Assembly: GCA_041752695.1 (NCBI GenBank) | Contig: JBGSVZ010000031.1 | Span: 125,229-189,228 of the forward strand | Direction: 5' to 3' | DNA: 64,000 nt | Source of the DNA: Terrimicrobiaceae bacterium | GTDB taxonomy: Bacteria > Verrucomicrobiota > Verrucomicrobiia > Chthoniobacterales > Terrimicrobiaceae | In this document: piece after piece, positions 27,288 to 36,185 of the stretch | Numbering within the stretch: position 1 is the stretch's first letter | How the letters are laid out: each line of letters opens with the position of its first letter | Notes under the pieces: model-generated | What the model was told of the DNA's origin: nothing | What the model saw: the letters and a program-made list of their open reading frames with translations, nothing else | Database searches by the model: none | Position numbers and translations under genes: made by a program

Positions 27288-27776
27288 GTGGCCACGCCGT
27301 CCCGTCCCGCAGGGGTCACCTGGATGGTGGCCCGTCGCCGCACGGCTGCGGTGGTGGCGCCCCGCACGCCGGAGGGAAAATTTCTCCTCATCCGACAGGA
27401 GCGCGTGGCGGTGCGTAAGGTGCTGTGGGAGTTTCCCGCCGGGCAGGTGGATGACGACGTGAGCGAGGCCAGCATTCGGAAGACGGCGCTTCGGGAACTG
27501 GGCGAGGAGGCGGGAGTGGATTGCCGGGGCGGGCTCACTGCCCTGGGGTATTTTTACTCTTCGGTGGGATTCACCGACGAGTGCTGCCATTTGTTTTTGG
27601 CCAGCGACGTGGTGCCCCGGGAGGCTGGGGCCGCGCCAGACGAACAGGAGGCCATTTTGGAAGTGCGGGCGTTTTCCGCCGAGGAAATCCGCGCCATGGT
27701 CGTGGCGTCCGAAATTGTCGATTCGAATACGCTCGCGATGTATGCCAGATTGCAGGCCAACCGACTCCTTCCATGA
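27288..27776 (+). CDS. NUDIX hydrolase (ADP-ribose pyrophosphatase-like); start uncertain
   Basis: WEFPAGQVD...TALRELGEEAG Nudix box; SSVGFTDE. Confidence 0.85.
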   Translation: MATPSRPAGVTWMVARRRTAAVVAPRTPEGKFLLIRQERVAVRKVLWEFPAGQVDDDVSEASIRKTALRELGEEAGVDCRGGLTALGYFYSSVGFTDECCHLFLASDVVPREAGAAPDEQEAILEVRAFSAEEIRAMVVASEIVDSNTLAMYARLQANRLLP

Positions 27777-28567
27777 AGTGGCAGAGATTTTTTGATTTTC
27801 GCGAACTCGATGACGAGCCGAAGCCGTTCCTCGATCATATCGAGGACCTGCGGAGGATGCTCATCAAGATGATCGTCGTGCTGGTCGCCATGATGGGCGT
27901 GTCGTTTCTCTTCCAGGGAACCATTGTGAATTTTATCCAGCGTCCGCTGCTGGCCATTGATCCCGAGATGAAAAGTCTGACAAACTTCGGCATCGCGGAC
28001 CCGCTCACCATTGCCATCGAGTTGTCGTTTTATTCCGGTCTGGTGCTGGCGTTTCCGTTCCTCATTCTTTTCCTGGCGGAGTTCATTTTGCCCGCTCTCA
28101 CCGGTCCCGAAAAACGCATGCTCTATCCCGCTGCGGGGGTTTCGCTCGGTCTTTTCCTGGGCGGTGTGGCCTTTGCCTACTTCCTCGTTCTGCCGCCGGC
28201 GCTGGACTATTTTTTTAATTACTCCAAGTCCCTCAACTGGAATCCCCAGTGGAGCGTGCGGGAGTATTTTTCCTTCACCACGCAGTTCATCATTTCCTTT
28301 GGCCTGGCTTTTGAATTGCCCCTAGCGGTACTGATTCTGGTCAAGCTCGGCATCCTGAGTCACGAGATCCTGCAGCGCACCCGGGCCTTCGCGGTCGTGA
28401 TCATCCTGGTTCTGGCGGCGATCATCACACCGACGACCGACGTCTTTACCCTCCTGCTCATGGCTGGGCCAATGTATCTGCTCTATGAAGGCTGTATTGT
28501 GATTGCCAAGGTCATGGAGCGGAAAGGGTTGAGCCGCACCCTGGCGGCTCCGGCTCCCGAGGAATGA
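27773..28567 (+). CDS. tatC: Twin-arginine translocase subunit TatC
   Basis: PFLDHIEDLR, FILPAL, FGLAFELP and AAIITPTTD; ATGA overlap with NUDIX. Confidence 0.95.
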   Translation: MKWQRFFDFRELDDEPKPFLDHIEDLRRMLIKMIVVLVAMMGVSFLFQGTIVNFIQRPLLAIDPEMKSLTNFGIADPLTIAIELSFYSGLVLAFPFLILFLAEFILPALTGPEKRMLYPAAGVSLGLFLGGVAFAYFLVLPPALDYFFNYSKSLNWNPQWSVREYFSFTTQFIISFGLAFELPLAVLILVKLGILSHEILQRTRAFAVVIILVLAAIITPTTDVFTLLLMAGPMYLLYEGCIVIAKVMERKGLSRTLAAPAPEE

Positions 28568-29841
28568 CACGCCCGGGGCTTCTCGCGGTCGTTCTGATGG
28601 TTTCCAGCGCGGGCGGAGCGGAACCACCGCGAGGATGGAGAACGGCCGACGGTCGGGCCTTTCAAGCGGAGATTGCGGGAGTCGAGGGAGCGAAGGTCAT
28701 TTTCCGGGCCTCCGACGGCCGACGTTCCTCATTTCCCCTGGAGCAACTGGCATCGGAGGATCAGCTCGTTGTGGAGGAGTGGCGGAGGAAGCGGCCTGCC
28801 AAAGGGGAGATGCCGGAGGTCGTCGGCGTGGAGACGGCCGACATCCGCGCGGAAGTGGTGAGCGAGGATCAACGCAACGAGAAATTTGTTTACCGCACCC
28901 AGCATTTCGAATTTGAGTCGCAGGGGAAATTCACCCAGAGCCTACTGCGCGAGGTGGCGAGGAATTTCGAGGCGACCTTTGAATTGCTCAAAGTGTTGCC
29001 GTGGGGGATTGATCCCCAGCCGGATTCGGAGGGATATTTTCGGGCGCGGCTTCTGCGCACGCGTTTGGTTTATGAGGCGGAGGGAGGGCCGAAGAACAGC
29101 GGTGGGGTGTATCTCCGGCAGAAGAAGGTTTTTATGGTCCCGTTCGACAGCATTGGATTGAAGCTCGTCGGCAAGAGCTACGCCAAGGATCTGGACTTCG
29201 ACACGTCCACCCTGGTGCACGAGCTGACCCATCAAATGATGCACTCCTGGTTGGGCCTCCTGCCCCAGTGGGTCATAGAAGGCACAGCCGAGTACACCGG
29301 GGCATTGCCGCTCAAACTGGGGCGCTTCCGGGTGTCTTCCGCCAAGACCGGCCTGCGCGATTACCTGGAGGCTTTCAAGCGGCGTCGGGGGGTGCCACTG
29401 GCATACCCTCTGGAAGATTTGTTTCCCATCACGAACGAGACATGGAATGCGATTCTGGAAAAGGAACCGCTGGTCGCCGGACGACTCTATTTCACGTCGT
29501 TCCTCCTGGTCTATTATTTCATGCACCTCGACGGAGCCGGAGACGGTGAGCTTTTTCAGCGGTATTTCCGTGAAGTGGACACGACTCGCCGCGAGTTGGA
29601 GGCCTACTTCAAGGCGTGGGAGGAGTTTAAAAAACTGCCCGGCGTAGTCGAGCGGGAGGATGGCGGGTATTCCTGGAAGGCTGGCCTTACGCCTCCCGAA
29701 CAGCCTGCGATTCTTGCCTCCGAGGGGGCCCGGGAGGACTTCCAAAAACGGACCCTGCAGATCCTACTGAACGGGCGCAGCGAGGAGGAGTTGATGCGGG
29801 AAATCCGCTCTGCCTACACGCGACTCGGCGTGCGACTTTAA
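28564..29841 (+). CDS. Exported protein with SHD1-like N-domain and HExxH zinc-metallopeptidase-like motif
   Basis: Signal peptide, RGWRTADGR...LASEDQ, then LVHELTHQMM...WVIEGTAEY. Confidence 0.7.
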   Translation: MTRPGLLAVVLMVSSAGGAEPPRGWRTADGRAFQAEIAGVEGAKVIFRASDGRRSSFPLEQLASEDQLVVEEWRRKRPAKGEMPEVVGVETADIRAEVVSEDQRNEKFVYRTQHFEFESQGKFTQSLLREVARNFEATFELLKVLPWGIDPQPDSEGYFRARLLRTRLVYEAEGGPKNSGGVYLRQKKVFMVPFDSIGLKLVGKSYAKDLDFDTSTLVHELTHQMMHSWLGLLPQWVIEGTAEYTGALPLKLGRFRVSSAKTGLRDYLEAFKRRRGVPLAYPLEDLFPITNETWNAILEKEPLVAGRLYFTSFLLVYYFMHLDGAGDGELFQRYFREVDTTRRELEAYFKAWEEFKKLPGVVEREDGGYSWKAGLTPPEQPAILASEGAREDFQKRTLQILLNGRSEEELMREIRSAYTRLGVRL

Positions 29842-29847
29842 GCGATT

Positions 29848-31677
29848 TCAGGACGAAAAGGCGACGCGTGGGTAGGTCTCCAAATGGCCTGCCACCACGG
29901 CGGCGAAAACGGTCCCGAACTCCTCGAGTTTTTTCTCGCCCACGCCGGTGACGCCGCGCATCGCCTCCTTTGTGGTGGGATAAACCCGCGCCATGTCGCG
30001 CAAGGTGGCGTCGCCAAAAATGATATAAGCCGGCACGCCCCGTTCGTCGGCCAGGCGTTTGCGCAGGTCGCGCAGCCGGCCAAAAAGGACCTCGTCGCAT
30101 TCAATCTCGCCGGTGCGGCGGGTGGGACGTTTCGCTTTTGGCAGCGACATCGGTTTGGTCAGCATGATCACCCGTCGGGTCTTCAACGCCTCAAGGCCGT
30201 CTTCGGTGATTTCGATGGTCGGAAATTCTCCCGCCGCTTGGGCGATGAGGCCGAGCCGCATCAGCTCGCGACCGATGGCGGACCATTCGGGCCGCGAAAT
30301 GTCCTTCCCGATCCCGTAGGTCGTCAGGGTGTCGTGGTTCCAGCGACGGATCTTTTCCGTCTCCGCGCCGGTGAGAACTTCGACGATATGATTCATACCC
30401 ACACCAAACCGGCTGGCCTGGCGAACGCGGTACACGCAGGAGAGAAATTTTTGCGCGCTGGTCGTGCCGTCGTAGGTGGCGCGGGGTTCCTGGCAGTTGT
30501 CGCAGGCGGCGCAGTTTTCCGCGGAAAATTTTTCGCCGAAATATTCCAGCAGTTCGACGCGACGACAGGACGGGCATTCCGCGTAGTGCAACATCTGACG
30601 CAGTTGGGTGCGGGCCGCCTGTTGTTCCTGCGGGTTCGACATTTCGTCGATGAAAAACGTCTGCTTCGCCACGTCGCCCGCGCTGAAAAGCAGGAGGCAG
30701 TCCGAGGGCAGTCCATCGCGCCCGGCCCGGCCGGTTTCCTGGTAATAACCTTCGATGTTTTTCGGTAGATCATGATGGATCACCCAGCGCACGTTGGGTT
30801 TGTTGATCCCCATGCCAAAGGCAATGGTCGCGCAGATGATCCGGACTTCGTCGCGCAGGAAGAGTTCCTGATTCTCCGCGCGGGTGGCGGCGTCGAGTCC
30901 CGCATGATAGGGCCGGGCGGAAAAACCGCGATCCGTCAGGGACTCCGCCACGCGGTCCACCGTGGCCCGCGTCGCGCAGTAGATGATCCCGCTGTCCTCT
31001 TTGCGTTTGCCCGCAAAGTCGAGGATCTGCTTCATCGGCTGATCTTTCGGGGTCACGCGGTAGGAAAGGTTCGGCCGGTTGAAGCTCGCGACAAAAATCT
31101 CCGGTTCGCGCAGCCGCAGGTGTTTGATGATGTCGAGGCGGACCCTGGCGGTGGCGGTGGCGGTGAGAGCAATGACCGGAGCGTCCGGCAACAGTTCGCG
31201 CAGCTGGGCCATTTGACGGTATTCCGGCCGAAAATCGTGGCCCCATTCCGAAATGCAATGCGCCTCGTCGATGGCGAGTGCTGCGACATTCCAGGAGCGG
31301 AGATTTTCTTTCCAGTTGTCCAGCATCAGGCGTTCCGGTGCTGCATAAAGCAGGCGGTATTCGCCATTGTGCAAGCCGCGCAGACGGGCCTTGGATTCGG
31401 CCACACTGAGGGACGAATTCAAAAAGGTCGCCGCCACGCCGGCGGCCTGGAGTTGGTCCACCTGATCTTTCATCAGGGCGATGAGCGGTGAGACCACGAC
31501 GGTGAGACCCGGACGGTGCAGGGCGGGCAGTTGAAAACAAAGCGACTTTCCGCCCCCGGTGGGCAGCAGGGCAAAGACATCCCGCCCGGCCATGCTGGTG
31601 TCGATGATCTCGCGCTGCAGGGGACGGAATTCAGAGTAGCCGAAGGTTGTCTTCAGCGTGCGGAGCAGGTCGGGCAT
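29848..31677 (-). CDS. recQ: ATP-dependent DNA helicase RecQ
   Basis: PTGGGKS, DEAHCISEWGHDFRP, QETGRAGRDG, Zn-binding cysteines and an HRDC domain. Confidence 0.97.
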   Translation of the reverse strand: MPDLLRTLKTTFGYSEFRPLQREIIDTSMAGRDVFALLPTGGGKSLCFQLPALHRPGLTVVVSPLIALMKDQVDQLQAAGVAATFLNSSLSVAESKARLRGLHNGEYRLLYAAPERLMLDNWKENLRSWNVAALAIDEAHCISEWGHDFRPEYRQMAQLRELLPDAPVIALTATATARVRLDIIKHLRLREPEIFVASFNRPNLSYRVTPKDQPMKQILDFAGKRKEDSGIIYCATRATVDRVAESLTDRGFSARPYHAGLDAATRAENQELFLRDEVRIICATIAFGMGINKPNVRWVIHHDLPKNIEGYYQETGRAGRDGLPSDCLLLFSAGDVAKQTFFIDEMSNPQEQQAARTQLRQMLHYAECPSCRRVELLEYFGEKFSAENCAACDNCQEPRATYDGTTSAQKFLSCVYRVRQASRFGVGMNHIVEVLTGAETEKIRRWNHDTLTTYGIGKDISRPEWSAIGRELMRLGLIAQAAGEFPTIEITEDGLEALKTRRVIMLTKPMSLPKAKRPTRRTGEIECDEVLFGRLRDLRKRLADERGVPAYIIFGDATLRDMARVYPTTKEAMRGVTGVGEKKLEEFGTVFAAVVAGHLETYPRVAFSS

Positions 31678-31683
31678 GGAAGG

Positions 31684-32088
31684 TTATTGGGGACGGACGA
31701 AGGGATTTAGCTGAAGATTTCCGACCTTTACCAGAGGTTCAAAGTGATCGTCGAAGGTGGCCAAACTGACATCATGATGGATGCAGATGGCAGCGATCAT
31801 GAGGTCCATTGGCGGAATCCGCAGGCCCGCATCATTTAACTTCGCGCCCAGCACCGCTGCCTGCTGCCAAAGATCGGTCGGAGTAGGAAGCAGGGGCATG
31901 GTTTCGAGACGTTTGAGGAGGGCGGGACGATCCTGTTTTGAGGCCGCGTAGAGAAGTTCAAAACGCACGGGCTCGCAGAGCAGGGCCTCGGCGTCATTGA
32001 GCAGTGTATCGGCGAGATTCCGGGTGGCTTGGGGAGTTTTTACCCGCAGATGGTCCACCCAGATGCAGGTGTCGATTATCTGTCCCAC
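31684..32088 (-). CDS. vapC: PIN-domain toxin (VapC)
   Basis: IIDTCIW, EL, DLMIAA and TFDDHF; overlaps the upstream antitoxin. Confidence 0.88.
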   Translation of the reverse strand: MGQIIDTCIWVDHLRVKTPQATRNLADTLLNDAEALLCEPVRFELLYAASKQDRPALLKRLETMPLLPTPTDLWQQAAVLGAKLNDAGLRIPPMDLMIAAICIHHDVSLATFDDHFEPLVKVGNLQLNPFVRPQ

Positions 32089-32300
32089 GGGCTGATCGCA
32101 TCCAGTTTTTGAATTTCCTCATGGTGGGGAAATTCCACCCGGAATTCCCCCGACATGACTTCATCGGAAAGCTCCCGTCTCCGGCGTAGCATCAACCCGC
32201 TGGCCAGAAATTTGACAATTGCGGGGCCTTTCTTCTTTTCGCCGGAAAATCGTATGATATCGGCCAGATCGTTTTCCGGAATATCGACCGTTATTTTCAT
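32076..32300 (-). CDS. vapB: VapB-type antitoxin (DUF2191-like)
   Basis: 74-aa ORF starting MKITVDI, directly upstream of and overlapping the PIN gene. Confidence 0.75.
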   Translation of the reverse strand: MKITVDIPENDLADIIRFSGEKKKGPAIVKFLASGLMLRRRRELSDEVMSGEFRVEFPHHEEIQKLDAISPWDR

Positions 32301-32306
32301 AAAAAA

Positions 32307-32334
32307 AGGATACCGTAATCCGATTTTCTTGCAA
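32307..32334 (-). promoter_or_regulatory. Sigma70-like promoter TTGCAA-N16-TATCCT, 6 nt before the vapB ATG (leaderless)
   Basis: Hexamers read on the minus strand; no SD sequence. Confidence 0.5.
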
Positions 32335-32363
32335 TCAAATCGCATGGTTTGGTTCTGAAAACG

Positions 32364-32397
32364 AAAAAGCCCCGGGGTCGAAACCTCGGGGCTCTTT
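32364..32397 (-). terminator. Intrinsic terminator after the glutaredoxin gene
   Basis: AGCCCCGGGG/CCTCGGGGCT stem with A/T tails. Confidence 0.75.
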
Positions 32398-32450
32398 ACG
32401 CGGGAGGGAAACTCCTGGGGTGAAGCCTCGTTCAGGGCGACACCGCGCTT

Positions 32451-32786
32451 TTACAATCGAACATTGATCATGGCGGCGTGTTCTTCATCGGAACACGGGG
32501 CATTGAGCGGAACGTTGACCGCTTTCTCGCTGGATCCCACGAGGCTGTTCGCCAGCAAATACGCTTCCACTTCCTCGCCGCTGATGTCGGGAAGCATGGT
32601 CCCGTTCACCACGACGCAGGGAGACAAGGGCTGGCCGCTCACCTGCTCCATCTCGAATCGGTATTCCGGATTCTGAATGATGTCCTTTTCCGTGTAGGGG
32701 AGGTCATATTTCGCGAGGACGGCACGGACACCTTTGCTCCATCCGCAATGTGTCTTCAAGTAGGCTGTGATTTCGGGTTTTTCCAT
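32451..32786 (-). CDS. Glutaredoxin-like protein
   Basis: YLKTHCGWS monothiol-type motif; SGQPLSPCVVVNG. Confidence 0.82.
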   Translation of the reverse strand: MEKPEITAYLKTHCGWSKGVRAVLAKYDLPYTEKDIIQNPEYRFEMEQVSGQPLSPCVVVNGTMLPDISGEEVEAYLLANSLVGSSEKAVNVPLNAPCSDEEHAAMINVRL

Positions 32787-32850
32787 TATTGAGACACACT
32801 AGCACCGATGCACCCGGTTCCAAGGGCAAATTTCCGCGCGCGTTCGCGGA

Positions 32851-33006
32851 TCAATAGGTACTGATCGTCCGGGTTTCGGAAACACCGACAGCCGCCGGAC
32901 GGAGGGTGGAAGTTTCTTCCGTGGTGGTGGTGGTTGTGGTGGTTTCGCAGCCGGTGAGCGCGCAGAGGGCAGCGATGGCGAGGAAGGAAAAGAGTGCAGT
33001 TTTCAT
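32851..33006 (-). CDS. Small Thr-rich lipoprotein (51 aa), absent from the ORF track
   Basis: MKTALFSFLAIAALCALTGC-ETTTTTTTTEETSTLRPAAVGVSETRTISTY; LTGC lipobox. Confidence 0.72.
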   Translation of the reverse strand: MKTALFSFLAIAALCALTGCETTTTTTTTEETSTLRPAAVGVSETRTISTY

Positions 33007-33064
33007 AGTGTGGTGCCGCGGAGCTCCGGATCGGGTTGAACCGGAGCACCTGCAGCTGGCAGGA

Positions 33065-33469
33065 TTAGTCTTTGGTTTCCGTCGTGGTTGTCGTGGTCCG
33101 TCGTTCTTCGATCACGGGGACGACTGGCGCGGCGACGGTTTTTTGAACGATGACTTTCGAGGCCACCATCTGGCCGCCGACTGTCGTGTAATAAACCGTG
33201 ACGGGGGCGCCGGAACGCACAACTTCCATGGAAACAGGAGCACCGGTCTCGTCCACGTAAGTGGTGGACTTGCTGTAGCTGTAGCGGACAGGTTCAGGTG
33301 ACGTTGTCGAGCGGATCAGCATCGTGTCCGGGCCAAATTCGCTGATCGTGCCGGCGGAGGTGGTTGTGGTGACTTCCGTGGCCACGGTTTGGGCCAGGGA
33401 GAGGGAAGTCGCGGAGAGGCTCAGTCCCAGGACTGCGGCGCCGATAAGTGTGCGTGTGTGAGGTTTCAT
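33065..33469 (-). CDS. Exported Thr/Val-rich small beta-protein
   Basis: Signal peptide, GTISEFGPD...VTVYY and a poly-Thr tail. Confidence 0.75.
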   Translation of the reverse strand: MKPHTRTLIGAAVLGLSLSATSLSLAQTVATEVTTTTSAGTISEFGPDTMLIRSTTSPEPVRYSYSKSTTYVDETGAPVSMEVVRSGAPVTVYYTTVGGQMVASKVIVQKTVAAPVVPVIEERRTTTTTTETKD

Positions 33470-33565
33470 CACCTACTGATCGCGGCTGCGGCTGCGGCGG
33501 CTGTATTTCTTTTCGCGCGCGACGCCTTTGCTGGGCAGTGGGAGGAAACACGGCGACGTCCAAGA

Positions 33566-33601
33566 CCAAAAAGCCTGTCCGTCGCGGGAACAGGCTTTTG
33601 G
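33566..33601 (-). terminator. Intrinsic terminator
   Basis: AAAAGCCTGT...ACAGGCTTTT stem downstream of the 190-aa gene. Confidence 0.7.
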
Positions 33602-33636
33602 CAAACGTTATTTGCTAAGGAAACTCCCGGGTAAGG

Positions 33637-34209
33637 TCAGGAGGCGGTCGTCTCTTCGCTTTGGGATGCTTGCTGGCCGTCGCTTTTGAGATTTTCCGTA
33701 ATCTCGGTGGCGCGTCGGGCAATTTCCGCCCGGATCTCCCCGAGATTGAGGGCAAAACCTTCTTCCTCGGCATCTTCGAGGAGTTCGTCGATATAGTCGT
33801 CAATCTCCACCAGGTTTTCCAAGGCGTCGGAAGCATCTTTCATTGCGTGTTTGAAGTCCGCCGCAGCGCTTTCCAGATGGTCGCCGAGCCGGGTGTCCTC
33901 CTCCTCTTCCTCTTCGCCTTCCCATTCTTCAAAAGTCTCGTCTTCCGCGTCTTCCTCCTCCTCCAGAGCCTCGGCTCCGCTGTGGGCCTTCACCCATTCG
34001 GTCAGATACTGTTTCGTATCCTCGAGACAATTTTCGTAAGCCTCAATGGTGTGGAGGCAATCCTCCTTGGCGTGGGCGATGTCGCACTCTGCGTGGACCA
34101 GATCTTTCGACGCATGGCGGAAAAGTTTCACCGAACGTCTGACCAACTTGGCGGCCCGTTTCGGATTGGCAGTTTTTTCGAGGTATTGGGAGAGAGTCAG
34201 AGTTTCCAT
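33637..34209 (-). CDS. Hypothetical, very acidic helical protein
   Basis: 190-aa ORF with a poly-Glu tract, followed by a terminator. Confidence 0.75.
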   Translation of the reverse strand: METLTLSQYLEKTANPKRAAKLVRRSVKLFRHASKDLVHAECDIAHAKEDCLHTIEAYENCLEDTKQYLTEWVKAHSGAEALEEEEDAEDETFEEWEGEEEEEEDTRLGDHLESAAADFKHAMKDASDALENLVEIDDYIDELLEDAEEEGFALNLGEIRAEIARRATEITENLKSDGQQASQSEETTAS

Positions 34210-34291
34210 GGCTTTGGGTAACAGGGGAGGGTTCCGCTATCGGCGGGAAGGTTGCAAGCATATGGCGAAATTGTTGCCTGCGGCCTAACGC

Positions 34292-34327
34292 AAAAAAAAC
34301 GCCGCCGGGGTGACCGGCGGCGTTTTT
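34292..34327 (-). terminator. rpsA intrinsic terminator
   Basis: AAAAACGCCGCCGG-GGTGA-CCGGCGGCGTTTTT, giving a U8 tail on the minus strand. Confidence 0.85.
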
Positions 34328-34348
34328 GGAACGGTGAGAAACCGTGAA

Positions 34349-36043
34349 TTACTTTTTCTTCTTGGCGTCGCCGGGACGATACTCCTCCTCGGCGATCTCG
34401 AAGGCGGCAGCCAGACCGACCATATCCTCGCCGGGGCGCAGGGTATCGAGGGTTTCGGCTTCGCGCTTGAGCGCTTCGGCGTCGTAGTGGGCGGCCTTGA
34501 TGGAAAGACCGATGCGGCGCTCGGCTTTGTCCACCTTGATGACGCGGGCTTCGACTTCCTGGCCGACTTTGAGCGCGTCTTTGACTTTTTCCACCCGGTC
34601 TTCGCTGATTTGCGAGATGTGGACGAGGCCGTCGATGTCGCCTTCGAGCTGCACAAAGGCCCCGAAGTTCGTGATCTTGGTGACAGTCCCCTTGACCAGA
34701 TCGCCCATTTTGAAGCGGACGTCGATTTCCTTCCACGGATCGTTCTCGAGCTGTTTGATGCCCAGGCTGATCCGTTGGTTGACTTTGTCGATGTCGATGA
34801 CCACCGCTTCGAGTTCGTCGCCCTTTTTCAGGATTTCGCTCGGGTGGTTGATCTTGCGGGTCCAGGAAAGATCGGACACGTGAATCATGCCGTCGATGCC
34901 TTCTTCGAGTTCGACGAAAGCGCCGTAGGCGGTCATGTTGCGGACCTTGCCCTTGACCTGTTTGCCGATCATGTAGCGGACTTCGATTTCGTCCCAAGGA
35001 TTCTGCTCAAGCTGGCGGACGCCAAGCGAGATCTTCTGCTCGTCTTTGTTGACGCCAAGCACTTCGGCTTCGATTTCCTGACCGAGGGTGAGGACGTCCG
35101 ACGGACGCGCAATGCGCTTGGTCCAGGAGAGCTCGGAGACGTGGATGAGGCCTTCGACGCCTTCCTCGATCTGCACAAACGCGCCGTAAGGCATGAGGCT
35201 GGTGACCTTGCCCTGGACTTTCTTGCCCACGGGGAAGCGGTCTTCGATTTTGTCCCAAGGGTTGGACTGCATTTGCTTGATGCCAAGCGAGACGCGTTCC
35301 TTGTCCTTGTTGATGTCGAGCACCTGCACTTCGAGTTGCTGGCCGACCTTGAGCAATTCGCCCGGGTGGCTGAGGCGGGCCCAGGACATGTCCGTGACAT
35401 GGAGGAGGCCGTCGATGCCGTCGAGGTCGATGAAGGCTCCGAAGTCGGTGATGTTTTTCACCGTGCCAAGGACCTTGTCGCCAATCTTTACGCTGCCGAG
35501 GAACGCCTGACGTTTCTGCGAACGCTCCGCTTCGATGATCTCGCGGCGGCTCAGAACGACGTTCTTCCGGTCGTCGTTGATCTTGACGATCTTGAAGTCG
35601 TAAATGTTGTTCACGAATTGCTGAAGATCCTTGGGAGGGATGATGTCAATCTGCGAGGCGGGAAGGAAGGCTTCCACGCCGACGTTGACCATGAGGCCGC
35701 CTTTGACGACGGACTTGACGCGGCCCTTGATGAGACCTTCGCCTTTGAAGACCTGGACGATTTTCTCCCAGTTCTGACGGGCGGCCGCTTTTTCTTTCGA
35801 GAGGACAACCATGCCCTCGTCGTTTTCAAGGCGCTCGAGGAGCACCTCCACTTCGTCCCCGATTTCGACGTCCTGGGGATCTTCAAATTCGCTGGCGGGG
35901 ATGACGCCTTCGCTCTTGTATCCGATGTCGACGAGAAACTCGCGCGGGCGGATTTCGAGGATGTGTCCTTTGATGATGGAGCCTTCGCGATAGTTCTTCA
36001 CGGAAGCTGCAATCAACTCTTGCAGTTCTGCCATTATGGCCAT
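34349..36043 (-). CDS. rpsA: 30S ribosomal protein S1
   Basis: Six S1 repeats (VKNITDFGAFIDL, GLLHVTDMSW, GLIHVSELSW). Start 36043 or 36034. Confidence 0.97.
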   Translation of the reverse strand: MAIMAELQELIAASVKNYREGSIIKGHILEIRPREFLVDIGYKSEGVIPASEFEDPQDVEIGDEVEVLLERLENDEGMVVLSKEKAAARQNWEKIVQVFKGEGLIKGRVKSVVKGGLMVNVGVEAFLPASQIDIIPPKDLQQFVNNIYDFKIVKINDDRKNVVLSRREIIEAERSQKRQAFLGSVKIGDKVLGTVKNITDFGAFIDLDGIDGLLHVTDMSWARLSHPGELLKVGQQLEVQVLDINKDKERVSLGIKQMQSNPWDKIEDRFPVGKKVQGKVTSLMPYGAFVQIEEGVEGLIHVSELSWTKRIARPSDVLTLGQEIEAEVLGVNKDEQKISLGVRQLEQNPWDEIEVRYMIGKQVKGKVRNMTAYGAFVELEEGIDGMIHVSDLSWTRKINHPSEILKKGDELEAVVIDIDKVNQRISLGIKQLENDPWKEIDVRFKMGDLVKGTVTKITNFGAFVQLEGDIDGLVHISQISEDRVEKVKDALKVGQEVEARVIKVDKAERRIGLSIKAAHYDAEALKREAETLDTLRPGEDMVGLAAAFEIAEEEYRPGDAKKKK

Positions 36044-36072
36044 GATGTTGTTGGTTTTGGTTTAACGTGTTC

Positions 36073-36165
36073 AACCCGCACTGTTGCTAAAAAACAGGGC
36101 GGCCGAATGCGTCATCCGGCCGTTTACGGGTTTGTCCAGAGTAGGGGGTTTCGGCTGTAAGGCAA
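36073..36165 (-). promoter_or_regulatory. rpsA promoter (TTGCCT-N16-TACTCT) and structured 5' leader
   Basis: Hexamers at 36160-36165 and 36138-36143; nested stems at 36073-36132. Confidence 0.5.
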
Positions 36166-36185
36166 ATGAAATCGCTTGTGGCGAC

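Noticed and set aside
32914..32946. (GGT)n microsatellite as a phase-variation tract
   Set aside because: It encodes poly-Thr with mixed codons in frame, so slippage would not shift the frame.
34310..36160. 616-aa + strand ORF antisense to rpsA
   Set aside because: Shadow frame caused by the strong codon bias of rpsA; no recognisable domain.
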